From contig NC_086108.1 in NCBI RefSeq assembly GCF_963921235.1, positions 13,640,001-13,704,000 of the forward strand: a stretch of DNA of 64,000 bases, in the 5' to 3' direction. Made by a program: the position numbers and the translations under genes. Positions 53,741 through 64,000 of the stretch are shown one piece after another. Position 1 is the first letter of the stretch, and each line of letters opens with the position of its first letter. The stretch comes from Mobula hypostoma (lineage: Eukaryota). Below the pieces are notes generated by a model, which was given only the letters and a program-made list of their open reading frames with translations, did no database searches and was not told where the DNA came from.

Positions 53741-54024
53741 AACACTGGAGCATAACACAAAGGATCATCAAATGAGATCCCTCACTTCAACTCAACACAT
53801 TCTACATCTAACACACACAACAGGAGTCCTGTGCAAAATACCAGAGAAAGTCATAGTTGGACAAAGGTGCAGTGCCTCAAGAAAAATGCCCAATACTACA
53901 GGTCAACAGAAAAAAGTTAACACCACTTTAAAAATTCAAAAAAAAACAGCATTCCCCTTCATCAAAACTAGTTTATGAAAATGCCAGGCATGAAACACCT
54001 TAAATAAAAGCCCATTATTTAATT

Positions 54025-54325
54025 GTGTTGGCGCATGGCCAAGTGGTTAAGGCATTCGTCTAGTGATTTGAAGGTCGCTAGTTTGAGCCTTGGCTGAGGC
54101 AGCGTGTGCGTCCTTGAGCAAGGCACTTAACCTTGAGTAACGACACCAGTGCCAAGCTGTATGGGTCCTAATGCCCTTCCCTTGGACAACATCGGTGGCG
54201 TGGAGAGGGGAGATTTGCAGCATGGGCAACTGCTGATCTTCCATACAATCTTGCCCAGGCCTGCGCCCCGGAAACCTTCCAAGGCGTAAATCCATGGTCT
54301 CATGAGACTAACGGATGCCTATTAT
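54025..54325 (+). mobile_element. tRNA-derived CORE-type SINE
   Basis: A-box tggccaagtgg, B-box-like agtttgagcc, gtccttgagcaaggcacttaacc, (tat)n tail. Confidence 0.7.
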
Positions 54326-54335
54326 TATTTAAGTA

Positions 54336-55829
54336 CAGGTGTCCCCCGCTTTTTGAACGTTCTCTTTATGAAACCTCACTGTTACGAAAAAAGCAGCGGG
54401 TGAAAAAAGGTAGCTTAAACACGTGGCTGTGAGCAGCCGTTTGCAAGATGAGTTCTAAGGTATCAGAAAAGCCTGAAAGAGCTCCTAACGGTGTTACACT
54501 AGACATAATTAAGCGTTTCGATCGTGGTGAACCAAGTGAGGACAAAGTGAGTTTGGCTTGTGGAAGTTGACGAAGATGATGTTGAAGAGGTTTTGGCATC
54601 CCATGACAAAGAACTGATAGATGAAGAGCTGATGCAATTGGAAGAGGAAAGGATAACAATTGAAATAGAATGCAGTAGCAAACGGACCGAAAGTGAAGTC
54701 CTCCAGGAACTGAACGTGAAGCAAATGCCTGAGATTTTCGCTGCAATGATAAAGTACGACTTTAATTTTGAAAAGGTACATCGGTTTAGGGCATATTTGC
54801 AAGATGGTTTACAAAGAACTGTATGATTGAAAAATGCGCGAGGCTAGCAGTCAAGCATACTGTTGTTTTTCAAGCCTTCCACATCAGCCACAGCAGACGA
54901 CGAACCTTGACCTTTGACATCGAGGCAGACAGACATAGAAGATGACCAACCTGCCCTGATCGACAATGAGATGACACCCCAGTGTCCCACCACCCCAGTG
55001 GTCCCAACCCCCGGGCCGCGGACGGATACCAATTCGCGGAGAATGCAGCGGTAGCCAGGAGGCACCCAGCATGTCTTTAAGAAAAAAGCCAAAAATTGTG
55101 AATGCCAATTGTGTCGCCTCTGATCTGGGCCGACATTTACATGCTGGGCAGCACCTAATTAATTAACTTGATTATTTCAGCTTTTTTTCTTAAAGATGTG
55201 CTGGGTGCGTCCCGGCCACTGCTGTACCCCTGCGTGCTTCGCGGATCGGTATCGGTCGGCAGCCCGGAGGGTCGGGGCCACTGCACCACCCCAACCTCTG
55301 ACGACTCAGCCTAACACACCATCATCAGCATGCTCGGCGCTGTCTTCCAGATTCTCGTAACTGATATTACACTGTACATACATTATTTCTACTTTATATA
55401 GGCTGTGTATTTTATGTGTTATTTAGTATGATTTGGCAGCTTCATAGCTTAAAGGTTACTGGAGAGAGTGTTTCTGCCGAGAGCGCTTGCGTGAGATTTT
55501 CTGCCAACGGCGCTTGCGCCGTGTTTCTGCCAAGAGCGCTTGTGTGAGATTTTCGCTACGGAGAACTGTGCAGGCAATCGTTGTAGAGAAGTATTTCTAA
55601 TTTATATAGGCCGTATATTTATCATATCATTCCTGCTTTTACTATATGTTACTGTTATTTTAGGTTTTATATGTAATTTGGCATGATTTGGTAGGTTATT
55701 TTTGGGTCTGCGAACGCTCACAAATATTTTCCATATAAATAAATGGTAATTGCTTCTTCACTTTTTGACATTCCGGCTTACGAACCGTTTCATAGGAACA
55801 CTCTACCTTCAAATGGCAGGGGAAACCTG
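54336..55829 (+). mobile_element. Internally deleted Tigger/pogo transposon with TA TSD
   Basis: ta|caggtgtcccccgcttt ... ggggaaacctg|ta; N-terminal MSSKVSEK..LDIIKRFDRGE (psq/CENP-B HTH-like) joined to acidic C-terminus EVDEDDVEEVLASHDKELIDEELMQLEEE; DDD core missing. Confidence 0.85.
54996..55283. mobile_element. Palindromic hAT/Charlie-type MITE nested in the Tigger element
   Basis: cagtggtccc...ggggccactg termini; perfect 8-bp TSD caccaccc at 54988-54995 and 55284-55291; long internal inverted symmetry. Confidence 0.85.
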
Positions 55830-56939
55830 TATTAAAGAGCAATGTGCACAGTTCTACTCACCACACACTAGGAAAGATGCAACAGAAACAGTGAGAATGA
55901 TGAAGAATTCCCCCAACTGCAGGTATAAGGAAAACTCCCACTGGAATAAAGGAAGTGGAGGATGACCTTGCAGAAGTTTATAAAATAATTATGGGAATAG
56001 ATAGGACAGTCAGAATATCTTCTCCCAAGGTCGTGGACTCTAGATGTTGAGGGCACAGGGTTAAAGTGAGAAGGGAGAAATTTAAATGAAAGACAGAACT
56101 GCTCCACAAGTTAAGGTCCTAAACTAGCAGGACCAGTTTTGAGAGTTGGATCCTGCAGAGGTCAAATGGGTGAGACAGTCTGCAGATAGAGATGACTAGT
56201 GAGTGGAATGCTTTTAAAAGTGTGATAACAGGAGTCCAGGTGAAGTAATGTTCCTGTCAGACAGAAGAGCAGGCTGGATGGAAAAAGATACTATGTGGCT
56301 CCAATCAGGAAAAGGAGGCATATATCAGGTTTAGGCCATCAAGAACAAGTGATTCCCCAAATGTTTTTTGCAGGAGTGCACTTAAGGAAATCAGACAGGG
56401 TTAAGAGAGGGGAGCTATGGCTTTAGCAAAGAGAAGGGGGCTAAAGCGAAGTTTCTGTTTAGTTCTCTTTCTTTTTTCTATTATTGCATAGTTAGGTGGT
56501 ATGGTCCTCTTGAACCTAGTATCCCTGATGAGTGTACCTGAAAGAGTGCATCCAGCCGCAGCTCCTTACAAACTGCATTAGGGAACTGGAGCTGGATGAT
56601 CTACAGATCATTCAAGAGAGAGAGGTTTATTGACAAGAGTTACAGGAAGGCAGTTACTCCTAAGTTGCATGATGTGGGAGGCCTTCAAAAGTGAAATATT
56701 AACAGTGAAGAGTTTGTCTGATCCTGGTAGAATTAAAAAAAGGCTAACAGCTAGGGAACTTTGGTTTGAGGGATCAAATGAAAGATGGAGGAGATCTTAA
56801 TTTTGCTTTGCGTGTCTGTATTTACTCAGGAGATAGACATGGAGTCTGTACAATTGTTGCAAAATAGTAAAGGTCATGGACCGTATCTGGATTACAGAAG
56901 AGGAAGCTTGCTGTCTTGAGACAAATTAGGGTGGATAAA

Positions 56940-57223
56940 TTTATTTTTATTTATTTACTGAGATACAGCTGAAATAGGCCCTTCAAGCCACGCCACCCAT
57001 CAATCCTTGATTTAATCCAAGCCTAATCACAGGTTAATTTACAATGACCAATTAACCTACCAACTGGTACATCTTTGGACTCTGGGAGGAAACCAGAGCA
57101 CCCAAAGGAAACCCACACGGTCACGGGGAGAATGTACAACCTCCTTACAGGTAGCAGCAGGAATTGAATCTAGGTTGCTGGTACTGTAAAGCATTGTGCT
57201 AATCACTACACAACCATGCCACC
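56940..57223 (-). mobile_element. HE1-like V-SINE inserted in CR1
   Basis: Homologous to 17070-17355; A-rich tail (ttat)n on the plus strand. Confidence 0.7.
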
Positions 57224-58069
57224 TCTACAAAAATTTTTTGTGCTTTTCAAGGTGTCCCCTTAAACCTTGCAGGAGGCCAGTGCAGAAACTGCAGGGACTC
57301 TGACAGAAATATTTAAAACATCCTTAGCCATGTGTGAAGTGCCAAAGAGTGGAAGTTTACAAATGTTCTGTCGTTCAAAAAAGGCTCCAAGAATAAGCCA
57401 GAAAATTATAGGCAAAGGAGCCTGATGTCAGTTGTGGGTAAATTATTAGAAGGTATTCTATGGGAGAGGATATTTGGATAGACAGGACCTCATTAGGATA
57501 CTCAACATGACTTTTATGTGTGGTAGGTCATGCCTAGCCAATCTTACAGCAGTGTGTTCCTGGCACCTACCACTCTCTGTAAATTAAGAACTTGCCTCGC
57601 ACACCTCCCTTTAAAATTTCTCCCTCCCACATTACAAGCAAGTCCTCCAATATTCAACACTTCCACCCTGGGAAAAAGACCAACTATCCATCCTAAAAGG
57701 GCCAACGCCCTTCATCAGGACTAATGTAATGGCAGCTGCAGAACTTTCTTGAGAGGGAAAGCAAACAGCTAGAGGTTATCGCACATTACAAACAAGATAG
57801 GCAGAGCAGGGATGATCATACAGAATGACTATAGGGAATTCAGTCAGAAGTTAAGTAGCAGGACCTTGAGGTTGGTGATCTCCAGATTACTCCCAGTACC
57901 ATGTGCTTGTGAGGTCAGATACAGAAGGATAGGCCAAATGAATTTTAGCTGAGAAGCTGGGACAGGGATTCAGGTTCTTGAATAACTGGGATCTCTTCTA
58001 GGGCAGAGGGACAAGTTGCACTTGATCCATGCAGAAAAATTTGCTAATGCTACATGGAAGGAGTTAATA

Positions 58070-58327
58070 AAATCCCTTACTCACTCTTCCTTCAGTTAGT
58101 CCTGACGAAGGGTCTCGGCCTGAAACATCGACTGCACCTCTTCCTATAGATGCTGCCTGGCCTGCTGCGTTCACCAGCAACTTTGATGTGTGTTGCTTGT
58201 AGATATTATGCAAGGGGGAAAAGGTTAGTGCTCTGAGTGAAGTTGTACTGCTTGTACTCCTGTTGAAGATGGCTTTTCCTTGTGCAAGTTGGTCATTAGT
58301 ACTTGCTACTTTGTTCATGTTGCAGAG
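58070..58327 (+). repeat. 258-bp inverted duplicate of 42237-42494 (Penelope 3' end with hammerhead + ~130 bp unique intron flank)
   Basis: Reverse complement matches 42237-42494 except one CpG transition; ORF 58064..58330 repeats part of ORF 41931..42968. Confidence 0.95.
58098..58133 (+). ncRNA. Hammerhead motif (COP1-antisense) with stem III palindrome mutated from ACGU to ACAU
   Basis: agtc ctgacga agggtctcggcct gaaa catc gact. Confidence 0.75.
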
Positions 58328-58782
58328 CACGCAAGGCTTAAAAACCGGAGAGTTGATCAGCTGAGGACTGGCATGTTATAGCCATAACAGAAATGTACCC
58401 GAGACAAGGGCAGATTTGGCAGCTCAATAATCCAGGAGACAGATGCTACAGGCATGACAGAGGTACAGGCAAGTGAAGAAGTGGTGTCCCTTTTGATAAG
58501 GGAGGACATAACTGCACTGCTTAGAAATGACATTCTTATGGAATCGCCCAGTGAAGTCATAAGCATAGAAGTTAGAAACAAAAGGTTACTCCAGTGTAGA
58601 ATTGCCAGTGGGAATTGAGGAGCAGATGCACAAAGATATTGCTCAGCAATGTAAGAATAAAACAATTTTTATTAATCAGAGATTTCAATTTCTGCAGTAT
58701 TGACTAGTCAGGGTGTCAAGGGCCCAAATTGGGTGGAATTTGTTAATGTGTCCAGGGAAGTTTCTTGAGTCAAAATATAGAG

Positions 58783-60470
58783 CAGTGGTTTTCCAAGTGG
58801 GCAATATTGCCACCCCAATCATGTTTTGCCTGATTTATGATGACATCTTAACTTTCCCCTTTATTAATCGCAATACTTCAGGTTGGAATTAAATAAAATG
58901 CAATTGACTGTAGTCACTGATCCATAATGAAAAAGGCAAAAGCAGACCAAATGAAATAGAAGTGTAGACAGTAGAGTATGCAGTATCTGAAATATGAATT
59001 TATACCAGCACCAAGCAATTAACATGCAAAATGCGCCTGTTGTGTGAAAATGCTTTCAAATGAGGCAATGAAACCGCCCAGGCTCATTGAACATTACTCA
59101 GATAAAGCAAACAAGATCCTGTCTTATTTTCAGCCACTTTGTGAAAACTTACAGAAACAGCAAACACTTCAAAAGATGTTTGCCAGCACTTAACAACAAA
59201 ACAGTGATGGTTTGCGGGCTTCATACAACATCTCACTGTTTATTACTAAATCTGGAAAGCCATACATGGAGAAGAACTGATTCTGTCAACAGTAAGGGAG
59301 GTTCTGAGTACAGTTTTGCATAAATCACCGGACCAAATAATTAAAGCGATTCCGCTCAGCAATAGCTCTGTTCAAAGACAAGTAAATGAAATATCTGAGA
59401 ATGTGGAAGACACATTGTGCAACATACTTAGGACAACAGAATTTGCTCTGCAGTTGGATGAGTCAAATTTGTTAGGCAATGAATCTTTCTTCTTGGTTAT
59501 ATTCGCTTCATAAATGATAAAAGTATGGTTCAAGAGTTTTTATTTGCAAAGGGACGAGAAACAGGTCAGAAAGAGAAGTCAATATTTCAAGATGCTGAAC
59601 AATTTTTCCCCAAAGAGAACAACAATCTGTTCACCAACATTGTTGCTTATGCAACGGATGAGGTACCATCAATGACAAGACGGGATGGGGTGATTATTTT
59701 CTTGAAAAAAATCTGTACACAACATATTTATTATTCACTATGCAATTCACAACATCTTTCTGAAAAATATCTAAGTGATCGGCTGCACAAATAATTAAAT
59801 ACTGTTATCACTGCGATAAACAAAATCAAGTCCATGCTCTGAATTCGATTATTTCAAAAGTTTTGTGTTGAGAATGATGAACTGTTTGAACTCTTGCTGT
59901 TGCATACAGAAGTCAGATGGCTCTCAAAAGGAAAATGCCTGTGATGCTTTTATGCGCTTTCTGAAACAGTGAAAATAAACTTTGAAGACTGAAATGCTTC
60001 ATTTTACAATCAATTGAAGATTTTTAGGCATGACATTACTTATTTGTCAGAATTATTCACAAAATTTAATGAAATCATCTTCAAAGAAATTGCATGAATC
60101 TTATCAAAATCAAATCCACTGTTTTCTATATTCCTGTCCAAGTTTTAAGTGCAACAATGGCCATCGCGACCTTTTCCCATTTCCGAGCCAGAGGTGGAAG
60201 AGAAAGAAAAACACTTGATCATCTTCAAATTTATTGTGTCCACCTGGGTGAGCTGCATAAAGACATGTTAGAGATTAAAGCATCTTCTCTCAATCCAAAT
60301 GCCAGATTAGGTAATAAATCCATTCCCAAACACTTATAATGAAGAATTAACAGGAAGGATGGAAATAGGACTAATCTCACTACAAAATGACTGAGCTAAA
60401 GCTGAGGTTCAAGAAATCATATCAAGACTTGTGGTTGCAGTAATAAATCTCTGAACACTATCCTGCAGAT
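58783..60470 (+). mobile_element. Decayed hAT Charlie/Buster-type transposon, 3'-truncated
   Basis: TIR-like cagtggttttccaagtggg; transposase remnants IPLSNSSVQRQVNEISENVE..FALQLDES, ATDEVPSM, LLLHTEVRWLSKG. Confidence 0.85.
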
Positions 60471-61594
60471 AGATCTACGGGTTAGGATCCCAATTTTAAG
60501 GGAACTAGGCAGGAACTAATAGATCTCGCTTTGGGGAACCCAATAGAGGGGATAGGAACAAAGAGCAACCTTTTAAGAGTGAGATATCCGAGTCCAGGGT
60601 AGGATGTTCCTGTTAGGATGAAGGATAAATCTAGCAAACATCAGGAATGCTGGTTTATGAGAGATATTGAGGCGCTGGACAAGAAAAAGGAAGCATACAT
60701 TGGATTTAGGAGGTTAAGAACGAATGAATCCCCTGATGACTATAAAAAGATTAAGACTACGCTAAGAGTGAAATCTGGCAAGTGAGGTTAAGAAAAATCC
60801 TGAAAGAACCTTAGCTATATTATGAGTAAAATGGTTGCTAGGGAGAGAGGAGATCCCCTAGTAGGGCTGCCTATGTCTCAAGCTGTAGGAGATGTGTACA
60901 ATTTTTAATGAATATTTCTGTGTTTACTGAGGAGGAAATCATGGTTGCTCAGGTAAGAGAAACAACTAACCTGCACTTTAACTATACCAAATGACTTAGC
61001 CTCCACAGCCATTTGTGATAATGAATTCCACAGATTCACCACATTCAGACAACAGAAACCCCTTCTCACCTCTTTTCTAAATGGTCATCATTCTATTGTG
61101 CGGATGTGCTTTCTGGTCCTAACCTCTCCCAGTACAGGAAGTTTAAAGATATCGGGGTAAGTTTTTTTTAAAAATGCAGAGAGTGGTGAGGGCGTGGAAT
61201 GGGCTGCCTGGGGCAGTGGCGGAGGCAGAAACAAAAGGGTCTTTTAAGAGACTCCTGGATGGCTACATGGACCTTTGAAAAATAGAGGGCTATGGGTAAA
61301 GCCCAGGTAGTTCTAAACTAGGGACATATTCAGTACAGCTTTGTGGGCCGAAGGGCCTGTATTGTGCTGTATGTTTTCTATGTTTCATCTCTATGTCCAC
61401 TCTGTCATGGCCTCTCAATATTGGGTAGGCTTCAATAAGATTTTCACCGCACTCCACACCCCCAATTCTGAACTCAAGTACATGCCCAGAGCAATTAAAC
61501 ATTCCACATACATGAACCTTTCATTCAACGATCATTCTCATAAACCTCCTCTGGACCCTCTCCAATGCCAGCACATCCTTCCTTAGATATCAGG

Positions 61595-61915
61595 CATTTT
61601 CACCCAAAGAACTGACAATCACTGGATGTTTTGTTCTTTGCACTATTCTCTGTAAACTCTGGATACTGTTGTACATGAAATCAGGCAGTTTCTGAGACAC
61701 TCGAACCACCCCATCTGGCACCAACAATCATTCCACAGTCAAAGTCACTTAGATCTTATTTCTTCCCCATTGTAATACTTGGTCTGAGCAACAAATGAAT
61801 CTCTTGACCATGCATGCATGCTTTTACACATTGAGTTGCTGCCACTTGACTGGCTGATTAGATATTTACATTAATAAGGTGTACAAGTGTACCTAATAAA
61901 GTAGCCACTGATTGT
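61595..61915. mobile_element. Tc1-like non-autonomous terminal fragment
   Basis: Ends gtgtacctaataaagtagccactgattg|ta; echo at ~62207-62225 (aataaagtggccaccgag). Confidence 0.55.
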
Positions 61916-62936
61916 ACATCTTTTTATTGATCAATAATGGGTTATTGACTAAAACAAAGAAAACAGGGATTCAGTAAACAAGGTAAAGCACATTACAGGA
62001 TAATATTTCTAACAAAAGGCAAGGCCACCCAATCAACCAACTCGTTGGGATATTTCAAACTATTTTATTCATTGAAAGATTCAGCACGGTAACAGGCGCT
62101 TCTGACTCAACAACCCTGCATTGCCCAATTACACCCATGCGACAATTAACCCACTAATCCATACAGATTTAGAATGCAAGAAGAAACTGGAGCATCTGGA
62201 GGCCACAATAAAGTGGCCACCGAGAGAAAAGTAGTGGGCACAACACTAAGCCCTATGGATCACCAGATACCAGCAAGCAACCAGAGAGGCCCCTTTGTTC
62301 ACATTCTGCCTTTTGCCAGTCAGCCAATCCTCTGTCTGTGCTAGCATCTTTCCTGTAAAGTTGGGCTCTTATTTTAACAGCCTCATGCATGGCATATTGT
62401 TCAAGGCCTTTTAAAAATCCAAGTAAACAACATCCACCGAGTCTCCTTTGTCTATTCTGTCTGTAATTTCCTCAAAGATTTCCAACAGATTGACAAACAA
62501 GATTTTCCCATGCTGACGTCAGCCTCATCTATCATGCACCTCCAAGTACCCTGAGACTTCATCCTTAATAATGGATTCAAACATCTTGCCAATCACCGAA
62601 GCCAGGCTAACTGGCCTATAATTTCCTGTCTTTTGTTTTCCTTCCTTCTTGGAGTAATGACATTAAGAACGACAGCATGACAAGCCAAATAACTAAAAGG
62701 CAATTAGTCTAATATCAGTAGTGGTGAGGGACAGAATCAACCAGCATATAGACAAAGTATGATTAGGAGTTAGCAAAGGCGTTGTGCACGGAAGTCTTGC
62801 TTGATACACCTTTTAGAACTTTTAAAAGAATGAAAAAAAAGAAATATGAGGGCAGAACAGTGCATGCTGTCTATCACGAGTAAACTCACCAAACCTCTGA
62901 CTCAGGAAGTTAATGTCTGCTTCTGCAAATGGATGC

Positions 62937-63217
62937 AACACACATAAAAGTTGCTGGTGAACGCAGCAGGCCAGGCAGCATCTCTAGGAAGAGGTACAGT
63001 CGACGTTTTGGGCCGAGTCCCTTCATCAGGACTAACTGAAAGTAGTTAGTCCTTCTTTCACATTGTTACTTCTTTCAGTTAGTCCTGACGAAGGGTCTCG
63101 GTCCAAAACGTCGACTGTACCTCTTCCTAGAGATGCTGCCTGGCCTGCTGCGTTCACCAGCAACTTTTATGTGTGTTGCTTGAAATTCCACCATCTGCAG
63201 ATTTCCTCGTGTTTGCG
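62937..63217. mobile_element. Penelope-like element 4: 281-bp hairpin made only of two inverted terminal-repeat ends, 16-bp TSD
   Basis: TSD ttctgcaaatggatgc at 62921-62936 and 63218-63233; 108-bp arms 62935-63042 and 63072-63179; hammerhead motifs at 62998-63033 (-) and 63081-63116 (+), both with GAAA changed to AAAA. Confidence 0.9.
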
Positions 63218-64000
63218 TTCTGCAAATGGATGCTTGATTTTCTAAAGAACAGTCTACAGTCAGTAAAGGTAAGCAGCAACACCTTGTCACAATTATTCTA
63301 AACACTGGTGCTACACAAGATTAAGTCCTCACACCCCTACTCTACTCCCACTGATATGAGTGTGCAGCCACATTCTGCTCTAACTCCATCTGTAAGTTTG
63401 CAGGTAATAATACTATAGTGGAACACATCTCAAATAACAGTGAGTTTACGTACAGGAAGGAGAAACCGCTTCATGACAACCACCTCAATGTCAACGAGAG
63501 TTGGTAATGGTATATGTGACAATAATAAACTAATATCATTTGAAGTTTGGCAAAGCCTTCAAGGCCCTGCACAGTAGGCTGCTCTGGAAGGTTAGATCCC
63601 ATGGAATCCAGCTGGAGTTAGCTAGGCACTATGAAAATTAACTTTGAGACTGGAAGCTTAGGGTGGTGGTTGAAAGTTGTTACATGGAATGGACACTGGT
63701 GACTTGCCAGAGTGATAGGTATTCCTTGCATATAAAAATGATTAGAATGGTGAATTGATGACTCTTTATATAAATTATTTGATTGCAAAGCCACGGGGCT
63801 TGATCAGCAAGTTTGACTAATGGAAAGCATCACAGATAATGTTAAAAAAAAAATATTCAGCATGCTGGCTTTCATCAGCAAGGGCAGTGAATATAAAAGT
63901 TGGGACATTATTTTGCAGTTATATAATTTATAGAATTTTGCACAGAATTTTGTCATGTTGTTATAGGAAAGATGGGGTTAAACTAGAAAGTACAGAAAAA

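Noticed and set aside
54025..54100. tRNA gene
   Set aside because: A/B boxes continue into a SINE core and tail, with no complete cloverleaf; same for 15580-15657 and the V-SINE heads
42495..58069. Staggered-break inversion as the cause of the 258-bp inverted duplication
   Set aside because: Element 3 runs uninterrupted with both TSDs, and the CR1 pieces on each side of 58070-58327 are collinear; this fits an insertion better
1..64000. CRISPR arrays, operons or prokaryotic defence systems
   Set aside because: The sequence is a vertebrate intron-exon locus; no regularly spaced direct repeats or prokaryotic gene organisation

Overview
Eukaryotic, repeat-saturated genomic DNA. The repeat complement (CR1 LINEs, HE1-like V-SINEs, Rex1/Babar, Penelope) suggests a cartilaginous fish, probably a ray; this is an inference. 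The only host gene is COP1/RFWD2 (RING-coiled-coil-WD40 E3 ligase) on the minus strand. Six internal coding exons, equivalent to human exons 2-7, lie at 41359-41418, 27133-27230, 18263-18327, 17507-17626, 11127-11195 and 9256-9315. All have GT-AG borders and give one continuous frame; exon 1 and exons 8+ lie outside the window. The introns are mostly nested transposons: CR1, Rex1/Babar, RTE, Tc1, Tigger/pogo, hAT/Charlie, a probable Helitron and tRNA-SINEs. The most notable content is a young Penelope-like (RT + GIY-YIG) family whose terminal repeats carry minimal type I hammerhead ribozymes. There are three TSD-bounded inverted-repeat insertions (3.3 kb, 1.4 kb, 0.28 kb) and one simple insertion. 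A 258-bp inverted copy of the simple insertion's end plus its unique flank sits about 15.6 kb away. As a result, every young ribozyme in COP1-sense orientation has an antisense partner earlier in the pre-mRNA, and a ~925-bp inverted pair brackets exons 2-7. Coordinates of old decayed repeats are approximate.
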